Source: Candidatus Hydrogenedentota bacterium
GTDB lineage: Bacteria; Hydrogenedentota; Hydrogenedentia; Hydrogenedentales; SLHB01
Length of the DNA stretch: 16,908 bases
Assembly: GCA_034408725.1 (NCBI GenBank)
Contig: JAWXCN010000073.1
Location: forward strand, 1 to 16,908
Reading direction: 5' to 3'
This document shows, one piece after another, positions 1 to 7,055 of the stretch. Numbering within the stretch: the stretch's first letter is position 1; each line of letters begins with the position of its first letter. Made by a program: the position numbers and the translations under genes. The notes beneath the pieces were generated by a model. That model was given only the letters and a program-made list of their open reading frames with translations. It made no database searches and was not told the origin of the DNA.

Positions 1-2
1 AT

Positions 3-650
3 CCATATCAGGAGTGGATCGGCGCCGACATTCGCGCCGACGCATGGGGTTACGCGTGCGCGGGATGGCCGGAGCGCGCGGCCGAGATGGCGTTCCGCGA
101 TGCCTTTTTATCGCATCGCGGCAATGGCGTTTATGGCGCAATGTTCTTCGCCGCCACCATCGCGGCAGCATTTGTGGTGGAGTTGCCGCTTGCCGCGTTG
201 CGCATCGGCCTGACCGAGATTCCACAAGACTGCCGGCTGGCCGGCGATGTCCGTTGGGCGATGCGCATCGCGCCGAGGCTGAAAACGTGGCGGGATGCGC
301 ACAATGCCGTCGCGAAGCGGTTTGATGGCATGCACCTTGTCCATACGAATAACAACGCTTGCCTGACTATTTTCGCACTTTTGCTGGGGCGCAACGATTT
401 CACAAAAACGATTGGCCCCTGCGTCGCGATGGGATATGATAACGATTGCAACGCGGCAACCGCCGGCTCGATATTGGGGGCGGTTGTTGGGCTCGATCAT
501 ATTCCGGAACATTGGTGGAAACCCTTCGGGAACCGGGCGGCCACTTACCTTTCGGGCGTCCGGGCATTTCGCAACGATGAAATTGTCCGCCGGTTCACAG
601 TGTTAAATAGGCAAGTCTGGGCGGAATCCACACGCGATTCGGTTCGGTAA
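3..650 (+). CDS. ADP-ribosylglycohydrolase (ARH/DraG-like) family protein, 5'-truncated by window edge
   Basis: The frame of ORF 87..650 is open back to position 3 (PYQEWIGADIRADAWGYACAGWPERAAEMAFRDAFLSHRGNGVYG). It carries the C-terminal metal-binding motif GYDNDCNAATAGSILGA typical of this family. Confidence 0.85.
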   Translation, partial: PYQEWIGADIRADAWGYACAGWPERAAEMAFRDAFLSHRGNGVYGAMFFAATIAAAFVVELPLAALRIGLTEIPQDCRLAGDVRWAMRIAPRLKTWRDAHNAVAKRFDGMHLVHTNNNACLTIFALLLGRNDFTKTIGPCVAMGYDNDCNAATAGSILGAVVGLDHIPEHWWKPFGNRAATYLSGVRAFRNDEIVRRFTVLNRQVWAESTRDSVR

Positions 651-688
651 TATTCTGCCTCCCAGACGATTGGAGGTTTTTACAGGTT

Positions 689-982
689 ATGGACCCCTTA
701 AAACAGGCCCGGCGGCTGATTATCTTTGTCATCGGGCTTACCGTGTTTCTCGCTGGCGCCGCCATGCTGGTGCTACCCGGACCCGGCATTGCGGTCATTA
801 TCGGAGCACTCGCCATTCTCGCAACGGAATTCGTGTGGGCGGCGACACTTCTGAGGCGCGTGAAAATGAACGCCCAGTCCGCCGCGCGGTCGATGTGGAA
901 TGCATCAAAGGAATCCCGGTTGCCGCGCATTTTTGATTGGTTCAGGTTCCGCCGCGTACGCTCGGATTCTTCCGCGCCATAG
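689..982 (+). CDS. PGPGW-family small membrane protein
   Basis: Two hydrophobic segments around LVLPGPGIAVIIGALAILATEFVWA, the signature of the putative transmembrane PGPGW family. GGAGG lies upstream at about 672-676. Confidence 0.8.
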   Translation: MDPLKQARRLIIFVIGLTVFLAGAAMLVLPGPGIAVIIGALAILATEFVWAATLLRRVKMNAQSAARSMWNASKESRLPRIFDWFRFRRVRSDSSAP

Positions 983-1107
983 TCCGGAATTCAGTTTTTC
1001 CTCATTCGGCTCACCCATCGGTTTTGCCAATTCCTCCCGCCATTCGATACCCTTTGAGTTCGGGCGGTCTTTTGCCGGCCGCAGTCGCTTGGCAGGAAGG
1101 ATAAATC

Positions 1108-2085
1108 ATGCGCTTGGGAATCATCGGTTGTGGTGTGCTTGGACGGTTTCACGCGCCAATGGCGGTCAAGGCGGGGTTCCAGATCGTTGCGTGTACGGAT
1201 CCCGTGCGCGCGAATGCGAACGTGTTGGCCGCCGAGCATAACGCCGTGGTTGTGGACGACGCCTTGGCGCTTTGCGCACTCGATATCGTAGACGTCGTGG
1301 CGATCTGCACGCCGACCCACGTTCACGCGCAAATTGTCGTAGCCGCGGCCCAAAACGGCAAACACATTTTTTGCGAGAAGCCATTCTGCCGCACGCTCCC
1401 GCAATGCGAGGAAGCGCTCGCGGCAGTGAAGAAGGCCGGCGTGAAACTGTTCGTGGGCCATGTCGTCCGGTACTTTCAAGAATTCTGCGCGATAAAACAT
1501 CAGATCGACGACGGCAAAGTCGGCAAGCCGGGTTTTGTGCGGACATTCCGCGGCGGACAAAGCCCCCTCGGCGAAGGCTCGTGGTTCCGCGATTTCGACA
1601 AGAGTGGGGGGGTGACACTGGATTGCATCATCCATGATTTCGATTGGTTGCGCTATGTGTTTGGCGATCCCGATCGTGTGTTCGCGCAAGACCTCCGCGA
1701 ACGCATTGATGAAGGAATCGACTACGCCATGGTGACCCTTCGCTTCAAGAGCGGGCTCATTGCAACCGTCACCGGCTCGTGGGCGCATCCCTCGGGATTC
1801 AAGGTGAAAGCGGAAGTCTGCGGCGATAAGGGAATGATCACCTACGACAGCAGCGAGGCGCCAATTGCGTCGCAATTGCGGGGCGCGGGCGGCACAACGC
1901 CTGGCGTGGTGCTTCCAGCGAGTCCGGTTGCGGACAGCCCATATTATCTGGAGTGGAAAGATTTTCATGGCTGGCTCGAAGGAAAACATACGCCGCGCGT
2001 GACGCCGGAAGACGCCGTATGGGCCGTGCGGATGGGGTTGGGCGCAATTGAATCGGCGGAAACCGGCCAGCCGGTTTCGTTTTAA
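1108..2085 (+). CDS. Gfo/Idh/MocA family NAD(P)-dependent oxidoreductase
   Basis: Rossmann motif GIIGCGVLG, HIFCEKP and GGVTLDCIIHDFD. Purine-rich SD-like GGAAGGA precedes the ATG. Confidence 0.92.
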   Translation: MRLGIIGCGVLGRFHAPMAVKAGFQIVACTDPVRANANVLAAEHNAVVVDDALALCALDIVDVVAICTPTHVHAQIVVAAAQNGKHIFCEKPFCRTLPQCEEALAAVKKAGVKLFVGHVVRYFQEFCAIKHQIDDGKVGKPGFVRTFRGGQSPLGEGSWFRDFDKSGGVTLDCIIHDFDWLRYVFGDPDRVFAQDLRERIDEGIDYAMVTLRFKSGLIATVTGSWAHPSGFKVKAEVCGDKGMITYDSSEAPIASQLRGAGGTTPGVVLPASPVADSPYYLEWKDFHGWLEGKHTPRVTPEDAVWAVRMGLGAIESAETGQPVSF

Positions 2086-2097
2086 GGAGTGGGTAAC

Positions 2098-3078
2098 GTG
2101 ACGAAACTGGGAATCATGAGTTTTGCGCACATGCACGCGTACAGCTATGCGGCGAGCATTAAGCAGCTGGACGGCGTTGAACTCGCGACCATTTGGGATG
2201 ACGACGCCGCGCGCGGAAAAACCGTGGCGGCGCAGTATGGCGTGCCGTTTCATGCCGACTTGAATGCGTTCCTGAAATCCGATGTCGAGGGCGTGATCAT
2301 TTGCTCGGAAAACATCAAGCACCGCGCCATGACAGAAGCCGCCGCGAATGCAGGCAAATGGATTTTGTGCGAGAAGCCGCTGGCGACAACCATCGGAGAC
2401 GCGCAGGCGATGGTCGACTTGTGCAAATCGAAAGGCGTTGGACTTGGTACTGCGTTTCCATGCCGGCACGTGCCAACGCTGATGGCGGTGAAAGTTGAGA
2501 TCGCCGACGGAAAGTATGGTCAGATTTACGCCGCCACCTGTACCAACAACGGCAGCTTTCCCGGCGGCTGGTTCGCCGACGAAGCCCAATCCGGCGGCGG
2601 CGCGACGATGGACCATACCGTACACGTGGCGGACGCGCTTCGCTGGATGCTCGGCCGCGAATTCACGCAGGTCTATTGCGAATGTGACAACCTGATCCGG
2701 CATGGCATCGGCACGGACGATGTTGGAAGCCTCCACCTCGAGATGGAAGGCGGCATCAAGATCACCCACGTCGCGAGCTGGAACCGCGCGAAAAGTTTCC
2801 CTACCTGGGGCGATGTCACGATGGAGATCATCGGCGAGAAGGGCGTGGTCACCGTCGACGCGTTCAACCAGAAAATCAATCTCTACAACGACGAAGCGAT
2901 GAAAACGCAATGGGTCGGCTTTGGTGACAACAGCGACTTTGGCCTCGTGCGCGATTTCGCCAACTCCATCCGCGAACGCCGTGACCCCGCTGCGTCAGGC
3001 GTGGACGGGTTGCGGGCAGTGGAAGTCACTGTCGCCGCGTATAAGTCGGCGAAACGCAAAGCGCGCGTTACGGTATAA
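2098..3078 (+). CDS. Gfo/Idh/MocA family oxidoreductase (second copy, SFAHxH N-terminus)
   Basis: WILCEKPLA and GGATMDHTVHVAD motifs. AAGGAG at 2084-2089 is 8 nt from GTG 2098, so I prefer 2098 over the track start at 2089. Confidence 0.9.
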   Translation: MTKLGIMSFAHMHAYSYAASIKQLDGVELATIWDDDAARGKTVAAQYGVPFHADLNAFLKSDVEGVIICSENIKHRAMTEAAANAGKWILCEKPLATTIGDAQAMVDLCKSKGVGLGTAFPCRHVPTLMAVKVEIADGKYGQIYAATCTNNGSFPGGWFADEAQSGGGATMDHTVHVADALRWMLGREFTQVYCECDNLIRHGIGTDDVGSLHLEMEGGIKITHVASWNRAKSFPTWGDVTMEIIGEKGVVTVDAFNQKINLYNDEAMKTQWVGFGDNSDFGLVRDFANSIRERRDPAASGVDGLRAVEVTVAAYKSAKRKARVTV

Positions 3079-3115
3079 TTGACCAATCCGCGGTTGGCGT
3101 AACGGAGAAGTTTCA

Positions 3116-3310
3116 ATGGTTAGTGAAGAGATTAGGGCCTCTGTAATTGGCGCCCTCGATGCACTTCCCGAAAATGCCACCACCGAAGATGTGATGGAAA
3201 CTCTATGTTTCATGATAAAACTGCGGAAGGGCGTTGAACAGGCAGACGCATGTGAGTTCATTCCCCATGAGGAAATAGAAAAGCAGTTTCTCCAATGTCC
3301 TAGGGCGTGA
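3116..3310 (+). CDS. 64-aa hypothetical protein, putative type II antitoxin-like
   Basis: GGAG upstream of the ATG. The pattern LPENATxEDVMExL...KxxxGxEQADAxxxxxHEE resembles small acidic proteins usually found before RelE/ParE toxins. Paralogous to 3340..3534. Confidence 0.65.
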   Translation: MVSEEIRASVIGALDALPENATTEDVMETLCFMIKLRKGVEQADACEFIPHEEIEKQFLQCPRA

Positions 3311-3339
3311 CTGCGGAGTGTTAATTGGAAGTCAAAAAT

Positions 3340-3534
3340 ATGGTAAGCGAGCCGTTGAGAACTTCCGTCATTCATGCCCTCGAATCACTCGAAGAAACCG
3401 CCACAATTGAGGATTTGATCGAAAGGTTGTATTTACTCGCGAAGGTCCAGCGCGGTTTCGAAGATGTAGAGGCCAGCCGGGTTGTCGCGCACGAAGCGGT
3501 CAAGGCCCAGTTTCTCGGGCAAGACGGAATCTGA
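3340..3534 (+). CDS. 64-aa hypothetical protein, putative type II antitoxin-like (paralogue of 3116..3310)
   Basis: Starting at ATG 3340 (MVSEPLRTSVIHAL...) it aligns without gaps to the preceding ORF, 27/64 identities by hand count. Confidence 0.65.
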   Translation: MVSEPLRTSVIHALESLEETATIEDLIERLYLLAKVQRGFEDVEASRVVAHEAVKAQFLGQDGI

Positions 3535-3535
3535 T

Positions 3536-3736
3536 ATGAAAATTTTACTGAATGGCCAAGCGCGCGATATTTCCGACAACATTACTGTCGACGCGTTGCT
3601 GCATTCTTTGGGCTTCAAACCCGAAGCAACCGTAGTGGAACGCAATACGGAGATTCTGGATCGATCCACCTATCGCGATACCGTGCTTGCGGACGGCGAC
3701 ACCGTGGAGCTGGTGCGGTTCGTTGGTGGCGGTTGA
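3536..3736 (+). CDS. thiS: Sulfur carrier protein ThiS
   Basis: 66 aa from ATG 3536: MKILLNG...VVERNTEIL...GDTVELVRFVGGG, with the C-terminal Gly-Gly. Directly upstream of thiE. Confidence 0.93.
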   Translation: MKILLNGQARDISDNITVDALLHSLGFKPEATVVERNTEILDRSTYRDTVLADGDTVELVRFVGGG

Positions 3737-4383
3737 TGACGCATGCGGAGCGCATGCACCGTTTCGCTCAGGCAGATCTGTATGTCGTGATCACCGAGGC
3801 GTTCTGCGCGGGCAGGCGCGCGATCGATGTTTTGGACGCGGTGCTCGACGCGGGCGTTACGCTGGTGCAATTTCGCGAGAAGGATTTTGAAGCGGGCGAG
3901 TTGTACGTGCGTGCAACCGCGTTTCGCGAACGCACCAAAGCCCGAGCATTACTAATTATCGATGATCGTATTGACATCGCCTTAGCCGTCGGTGCAGACG
4001 GCGTACACCTTGGCCAGAACGACCTGCCCATCCTCGCCGCGCGCGCGATTGGGCAGGAACTGATCATTGGCGCGTCGTCGCATTCTCTTGATGAAGCACT
4101 CTCTGCCCAAGACGCCGGGGCGAGCTACGTCAATATTGGTCCGATCTTTTCAACGCAGACCAAGCGGGTGTCCAGCGGGGTTGTCGGGCCGGAACTGATT
4201 GACACGATTCGTCCGCACCTACGCATTCCATTTACAACGATGGGTGGGATCAAGCTTCATAATATATCCGAAGTCGTACGGCGCGGTGCGCGCCACGTCG
4301 CGGTGGTTACGGCGGTCACCGAAGCAGTCGATCCACGCGCCGCCGCGACGGCCCTGCGCGACGCCATCGGCCTGGCACGATGA
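3736..4383 (+). CDS. thiE: Thiamine phosphate synthase
   Basis: VQFREK, ADGVHLGQND, IIGASSHS, GPIFSTQTK and MGGI motifs. The ATG overlaps the thiS stop (TGATG). Confidence 0.93.
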   Translation: MTHAERMHRFAQADLYVVITEAFCAGRRAIDVLDAVLDAGVTLVQFREKDFEAGELYVRATAFRERTKARALLIIDDRIDIALAVGADGVHLGQNDLPILAARAIGQELIIGASSHSLDEALSAQDAGASYVNIGPIFSTQTKRVSSGVVGPELIDTIRPHLRIPFTTMGGIKLHNISEVVRRGARHVAVVTAVTEAVDPRAAATALRDAIGLAR

Positions 4384-5309
4384 ATATCATTGCGGGACTC
4401 ATTGTTGCAGCAACGTCCCTTTCGCCAGAGTCATTCACGGTCGAAGGTTGCGTGCGTGTGGCGGGCGCACCGGCTGACGGCGTGTCCGTATGGATACGTG
4501 ACGAACTCAGCAGTGCCCGAAGCGTAACGGATGCAAAGGGTAATTATCGTGTCGCAGTTTCGTTTGGCGGCATGGCGCAGCTCGAATTCACGCGAGAGCA
4601 GGGCGAGTCGGACCGATCCACGTTGCGGCAGCTTCAGACGCTTGTTCTAATGTCGGGTACCGCTTCTCAAATCGACGTCGATTTGAATCCCGGCGCGGGC
4701 GCTGTCGAAGGTGTGCTGACGCACAATGGCGCGCCCGTTGCGAGTGGCTCGGCGTTGCTTACGTCCCATCGCGCGAATGCCGGAACATATACCATCTGTA
4801 CGCTCGCGGACGAAAACGGCGCCTACCGCATTGACGGATTGTCCGCGGGAAAATATAAGCTAGAGCTCGATCCGCGGCCCACCACGCTGCGCGTTGCAAT
4901 GGCGCAGATGCGACAACCCGCGGCTGCGAATTTGGTAATCGTCAAAGAGGGTCAGGCCGCGCGCCACGATTTTAACCTGCGAACTGGTGAAATCATTGCG
5001 CGGCTATCGGGAATGGGCATAGAAGAGGTTGGCCGGCTCGTCGTTGTGCCGGGAGAATTCGCGGGGCCGGTGCTCACCGAGGCAACTGCGCAGGCCATGT
5101 TGCGGCGGGCCATCGTAACCATCGTTGTTGAAAACGACAAGAATGTCGAAGTGCCGGATCTCGAGGAAGGCACGTATGCAGTATTCTTCGCCGCGTTCGA
5201 CCGCGCGTCGGGGAGTCTCCGATCAGCGTTCAAGGCAATGCGCGTTACCTACGTCAATGTGGTCGTCCGTGCGGACGCCCCGGCATCGCTGACACTGCAC
5301 CTGCCGTAA
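4380..5309 (+). CDS. Probable exported protein with carboxypeptidase-regulatory-like (beta-sandwich) repeats
   Basis: Short hydrophobic N-terminus, then repeated units VEGxVxxxGAP...TDAKGNYRV, VEGVLTHNGAP...ADENGAYRIDGLSAGKYKL and VPDLEEGTY. ATGA overlap with the thiE stop. Confidence 0.7.
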   Translation: MNIIAGLIVAATSLSPESFTVEGCVRVAGAPADGVSVWIRDELSSARSVTDAKGNYRVAVSFGGMAQLEFTREQGESDRSTLRQLQTLVLMSGTASQIDVDLNPGAGAVEGVLTHNGAPVASGSALLTSHRANAGTYTICTLADENGAYRIDGLSAGKYKLELDPRPTTLRVAMAQMRQPAAANLVIVKEGQAARHDFNLRTGEIIARLSGMGIEEVGRLVVVPGEFAGPVLTEATAQAMLRRAIVTIVVENDKNVEVPDLEEGTYAVFFAAFDRASGSLRSAFKAMRVTYVNVVVRADAPASLTLHLP

Positions 5310-5311
5310 CC

Positions 5312-6112
5312 ATGCCAGATATCGAAAAGGTATCCTCACGAATGCCAGATGCTTCAGGCCTCTACGAAAAGCCCGGCTACTATGCCTTGGCATTTTCCTA
5401 CCGCGATTTCGCGCGCGAGGTCGACGTCTTTGAGGAATGTATACAGCGTTTCTCGCGCATTACGGTTGAAGCGGTATTGGAGATTTGTTGCGGGCACGCC
5501 CCCCATCTTGAAGAACTCCATCGCCGGGGCTATCGCTATGCCGGTATCGACCGAAGCGAAGAGATGTTGACAAGTGCGCGGTCGCGCGCCAAGGCATGCG
5601 GTGCGCCAGCGCAATTTACGAATGCGGACATTGCGCATTTTTCCCTTCCCGAACCAGTCGATTTCGCGTACGTCGCGCTCGCTTCGCTTTACGTAACGAG
5701 CACGGCAGAATTGCGCGCGCACTTTCGCGCCATGGGAGATGCACTGCGCTCCGGTGGCCTGTACTTCATGGAATGGTGCGTCGATTTTGATCCGATGGTT
5801 GACATCGTCGATTCGTGGGAGGTCGAGCGCGACGGCGTCCATATTCGCGCGAGCTACTGGACGTGCAGCGTGAACCGCATCGAACAAACCTACGAAGACA
5901 CCCTGCACCTGGAAATTAACGACCACGGCACCGAATTTGTACTTGAAGACAAAGCCATCCGCCGCAGAATTTTTCCGCAGGAGTTTTTGGCGTTCATTCG
6001 CGACCACACCCAATTTGAATTCGTGGGCTGGTGGAACGACTGGAATCTCGACCAACCCGTGACCGGCGAACACGGCGTAGACCGGCCGATAATAGTTGTG
6101 CGAAGGCGATAG
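5312..6112 (+). CDS. Class I SAM-dependent methyltransferase
   Basis: Motif I VLEICCGHAPH, motif II YAGIDRSEEML, then ADIAHF and LRSGGLYFME. The start could alternatively be the second MPD at 5342. Confidence 0.88.
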   Translation: MPDIEKVSSRMPDASGLYEKPGYYALAFSYRDFAREVDVFEECIQRFSRITVEAVLEICCGHAPHLEELHRRGYRYAGIDRSEEMLTSARSRAKACGAPAQFTNADIAHFSLPEPVDFAYVALASLYVTSTAELRAHFRAMGDALRSGGLYFMEWCVDFDPMVDIVDSWEVERDGVHIRASYWTCSVNRIEQTYEDTLHLEINDHGTEFVLEDKAIRRRIFPQEFLAFIRDHTQFEFVGWWNDWNLDQPVTGEHGVDRPIIVVRRR

Positions 6113-6135
6113 ATTCTCGTGTGGAAAAATTTAGC

Positions 6136-6372
6136 ATGACGGCAGGGAGGCCCTCTCTTATACGGCTTCATTCGGAAGATATGCTGGTCCGATCAAAACT
6201 GGAGCAGTTTAGAGCCATGGAGTCGGAGATTATTGTTGCGTCGCCTCTTCCTGGTCTACCAGGTTCCCTAAAGGCGCGGGAGGACGGTACCGTCATGGAC
6301 GGAAATCATCGCGTGCGAGTGCTCAGGGAGCGTGAATTTGTCGTAGATTCCTTACCCAGGGAAATTGTATAG
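6136..6372 (+). CDS. 78-aa ParB/Sulfiredoxin-like N-terminal-fold micro-protein (toxin-domain-like)
   Basis: This is the part of track ORF 6031..6372 that does not overlap the methyltransferase, from ATG 6136. It contains SLKAREDGTVMDGNHRVRVLRER, i.e. the beta-hairpin plus DGxHR-helix core of ParB/Srx-like domains (DGNHR at 6298-6312). Confidence 0.65.
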   Translation: MTAGRPSLIRLHSEDMLVRSKLEQFRAMESEIIVASPLPGLPGSLKAREDGTVMDGNHRVRVLREREFVVDSLPREIV

Positions 6373-6374
6373 GG

Positions 6375-6380
6375 TATAAT
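6375..6380 (+). promoter_or_regulatory. Perfect -10 hexamer (TATAAT) 6 nt before the phosphatase ATG; possible leaderless promoter
   Basis: TATAAT 6375-6380, TCAACT, ATG 6387. There is only a weak -35 (TTACCC 6352-6357, 17-nt spacer) and no good SD. Confidence 0.35.
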
Positions 6381-6386
6381 TCAACT

Positions 6387-6890
6387 ATGAGCGACCTGTA
6401 TTGGATAGATGGCCCGTGGCCAGGCCGGTTGGCGATAACGCCTCGCCCGCGTGGTGGCGATTGGCTGTCGGATGATCTTCGGAACTTGCATGACGCAGGT
6501 ATCGACAGCGTCGTATCACTTCTTACCAAGGCGGAAGAGTCCGAATTCGCATTGCGGAGTGAAGAGGCTCTTGCTGCCGCGTCAGGAATGCGTTTTTATT
6601 CACTTCCGATTGCTGATCGGTCAGTACCGGAGTCAATGCATGAGGTTTCGGACACGTTGCTGCGTTTGGAAGGCGAGCTTGCGAATGGACAAAACGTAGC
6701 ATTCCATTGCAGGCAAAGCATTGGCCGTGCCCCAATGATTGCCGCATGCGTTTTGGCGCTGACCGGTGTGGACGTTCAGGAGGCTTTTCAGCGGATTTCA
6801 ACGGCCCGTGGGATAGAAGTGCCTGAAACCGCGGAGCAGGCCGATTGGGCCGAACGATTTGTCCGCGAGTCGGTTCCACACCCACGTTGA
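6387..6890 (+). CDS. Cys-based protein-tyrosine/dual-specificity phosphatase family protein
   Basis: P-loop HCRQSIGR (CX5R, Cys codon at 6708), acid loop PIADRSVP, VVSLL, and C-terminal VPETAEQ. Confidence 0.88.
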   Translation: MSDLYWIDGPWPGRLAITPRPRGGDWLSDDLRNLHDAGIDSVVSLLTKAEESEFALRSEEALAAASGMRFYSLPIADRSVPESMHEVSDTLLRLEGELANGQNVAFHCRQSIGRAPMIAACVLALTGVDVQEAFQRISTARGIEVPETAEQADWAERFVRESVPHPR

Positions 6891-6995
6891 TTTTTGGTTC
6901 AGATGCCAAATTGAGCTCAACGCTTGGGCTAGGCCGCTTTTTAGCGCGATTGCCCCGCGAATTAATTTTGAACGCGAAACGCCCTTATGCCGGCG

Positions 6996-7004
6996 TGATA
7001 TACT
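6996..7004 (+). promoter_or_regulatory. Putative extended -10 promoter for fabH
   Basis: TGATATACT (TGnTATAAT-like) about 50 nt upstream of the fabH ATG, within an intergenic gap. Confidence 0.4.
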
Positions 7005-7055
7005 TTCCACTTTTCCAACATTGGCTGACCACCAGGAAAGCGGCAACTATTTCCA

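Noticed and set aside
1037-1067. Imperfect hairpin CCGCC...GGCGG in the 983-1107 intergenic region
   Set aside because: The stem is interrupted and relies on several G-U pairs. I do not recognise any riboswitch or ncRNA motif, and it is not a convincing terminator.
2083-2100. Possible stop-codon readthrough fusing the two oxidoreductases
   Set aside because: The stop is TAA and a strong AAGGAG with proper spacing to GTG 2098 explains independent initiation.
991-2910. 639-aa ORF on the minus strand
   Set aside because: Antisense shadow of the two in-frame Gfo/Idh/MocA genes in GC-rich DNA. It has no recognisable motifs and an Arg/His-rich composition.
3072-3080. GGTATAATT occurring both here and at 6373-6381, each near a small accessory module
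   Set aside because: Only 9 nt, here it is formed by the last codon and stop of the oxidoreductase, and there is no -35. Too short to call a target-site duplication or att site.
3955-3975. ThiE has IIDDRID in place of the common xxNDR motif
   Set aside because: All other ThiE motifs are intact, and a single conservative change is not enough to claim altered function.
6136-6372. Interpretation as a chromosome-partitioning parB gene or its pseudogene
   Set aside because: No HTH or dimerisation region in adjacent frames, no parA nearby, and the motif is DGNHR rather than the GERRxRA of partitioning ParB.
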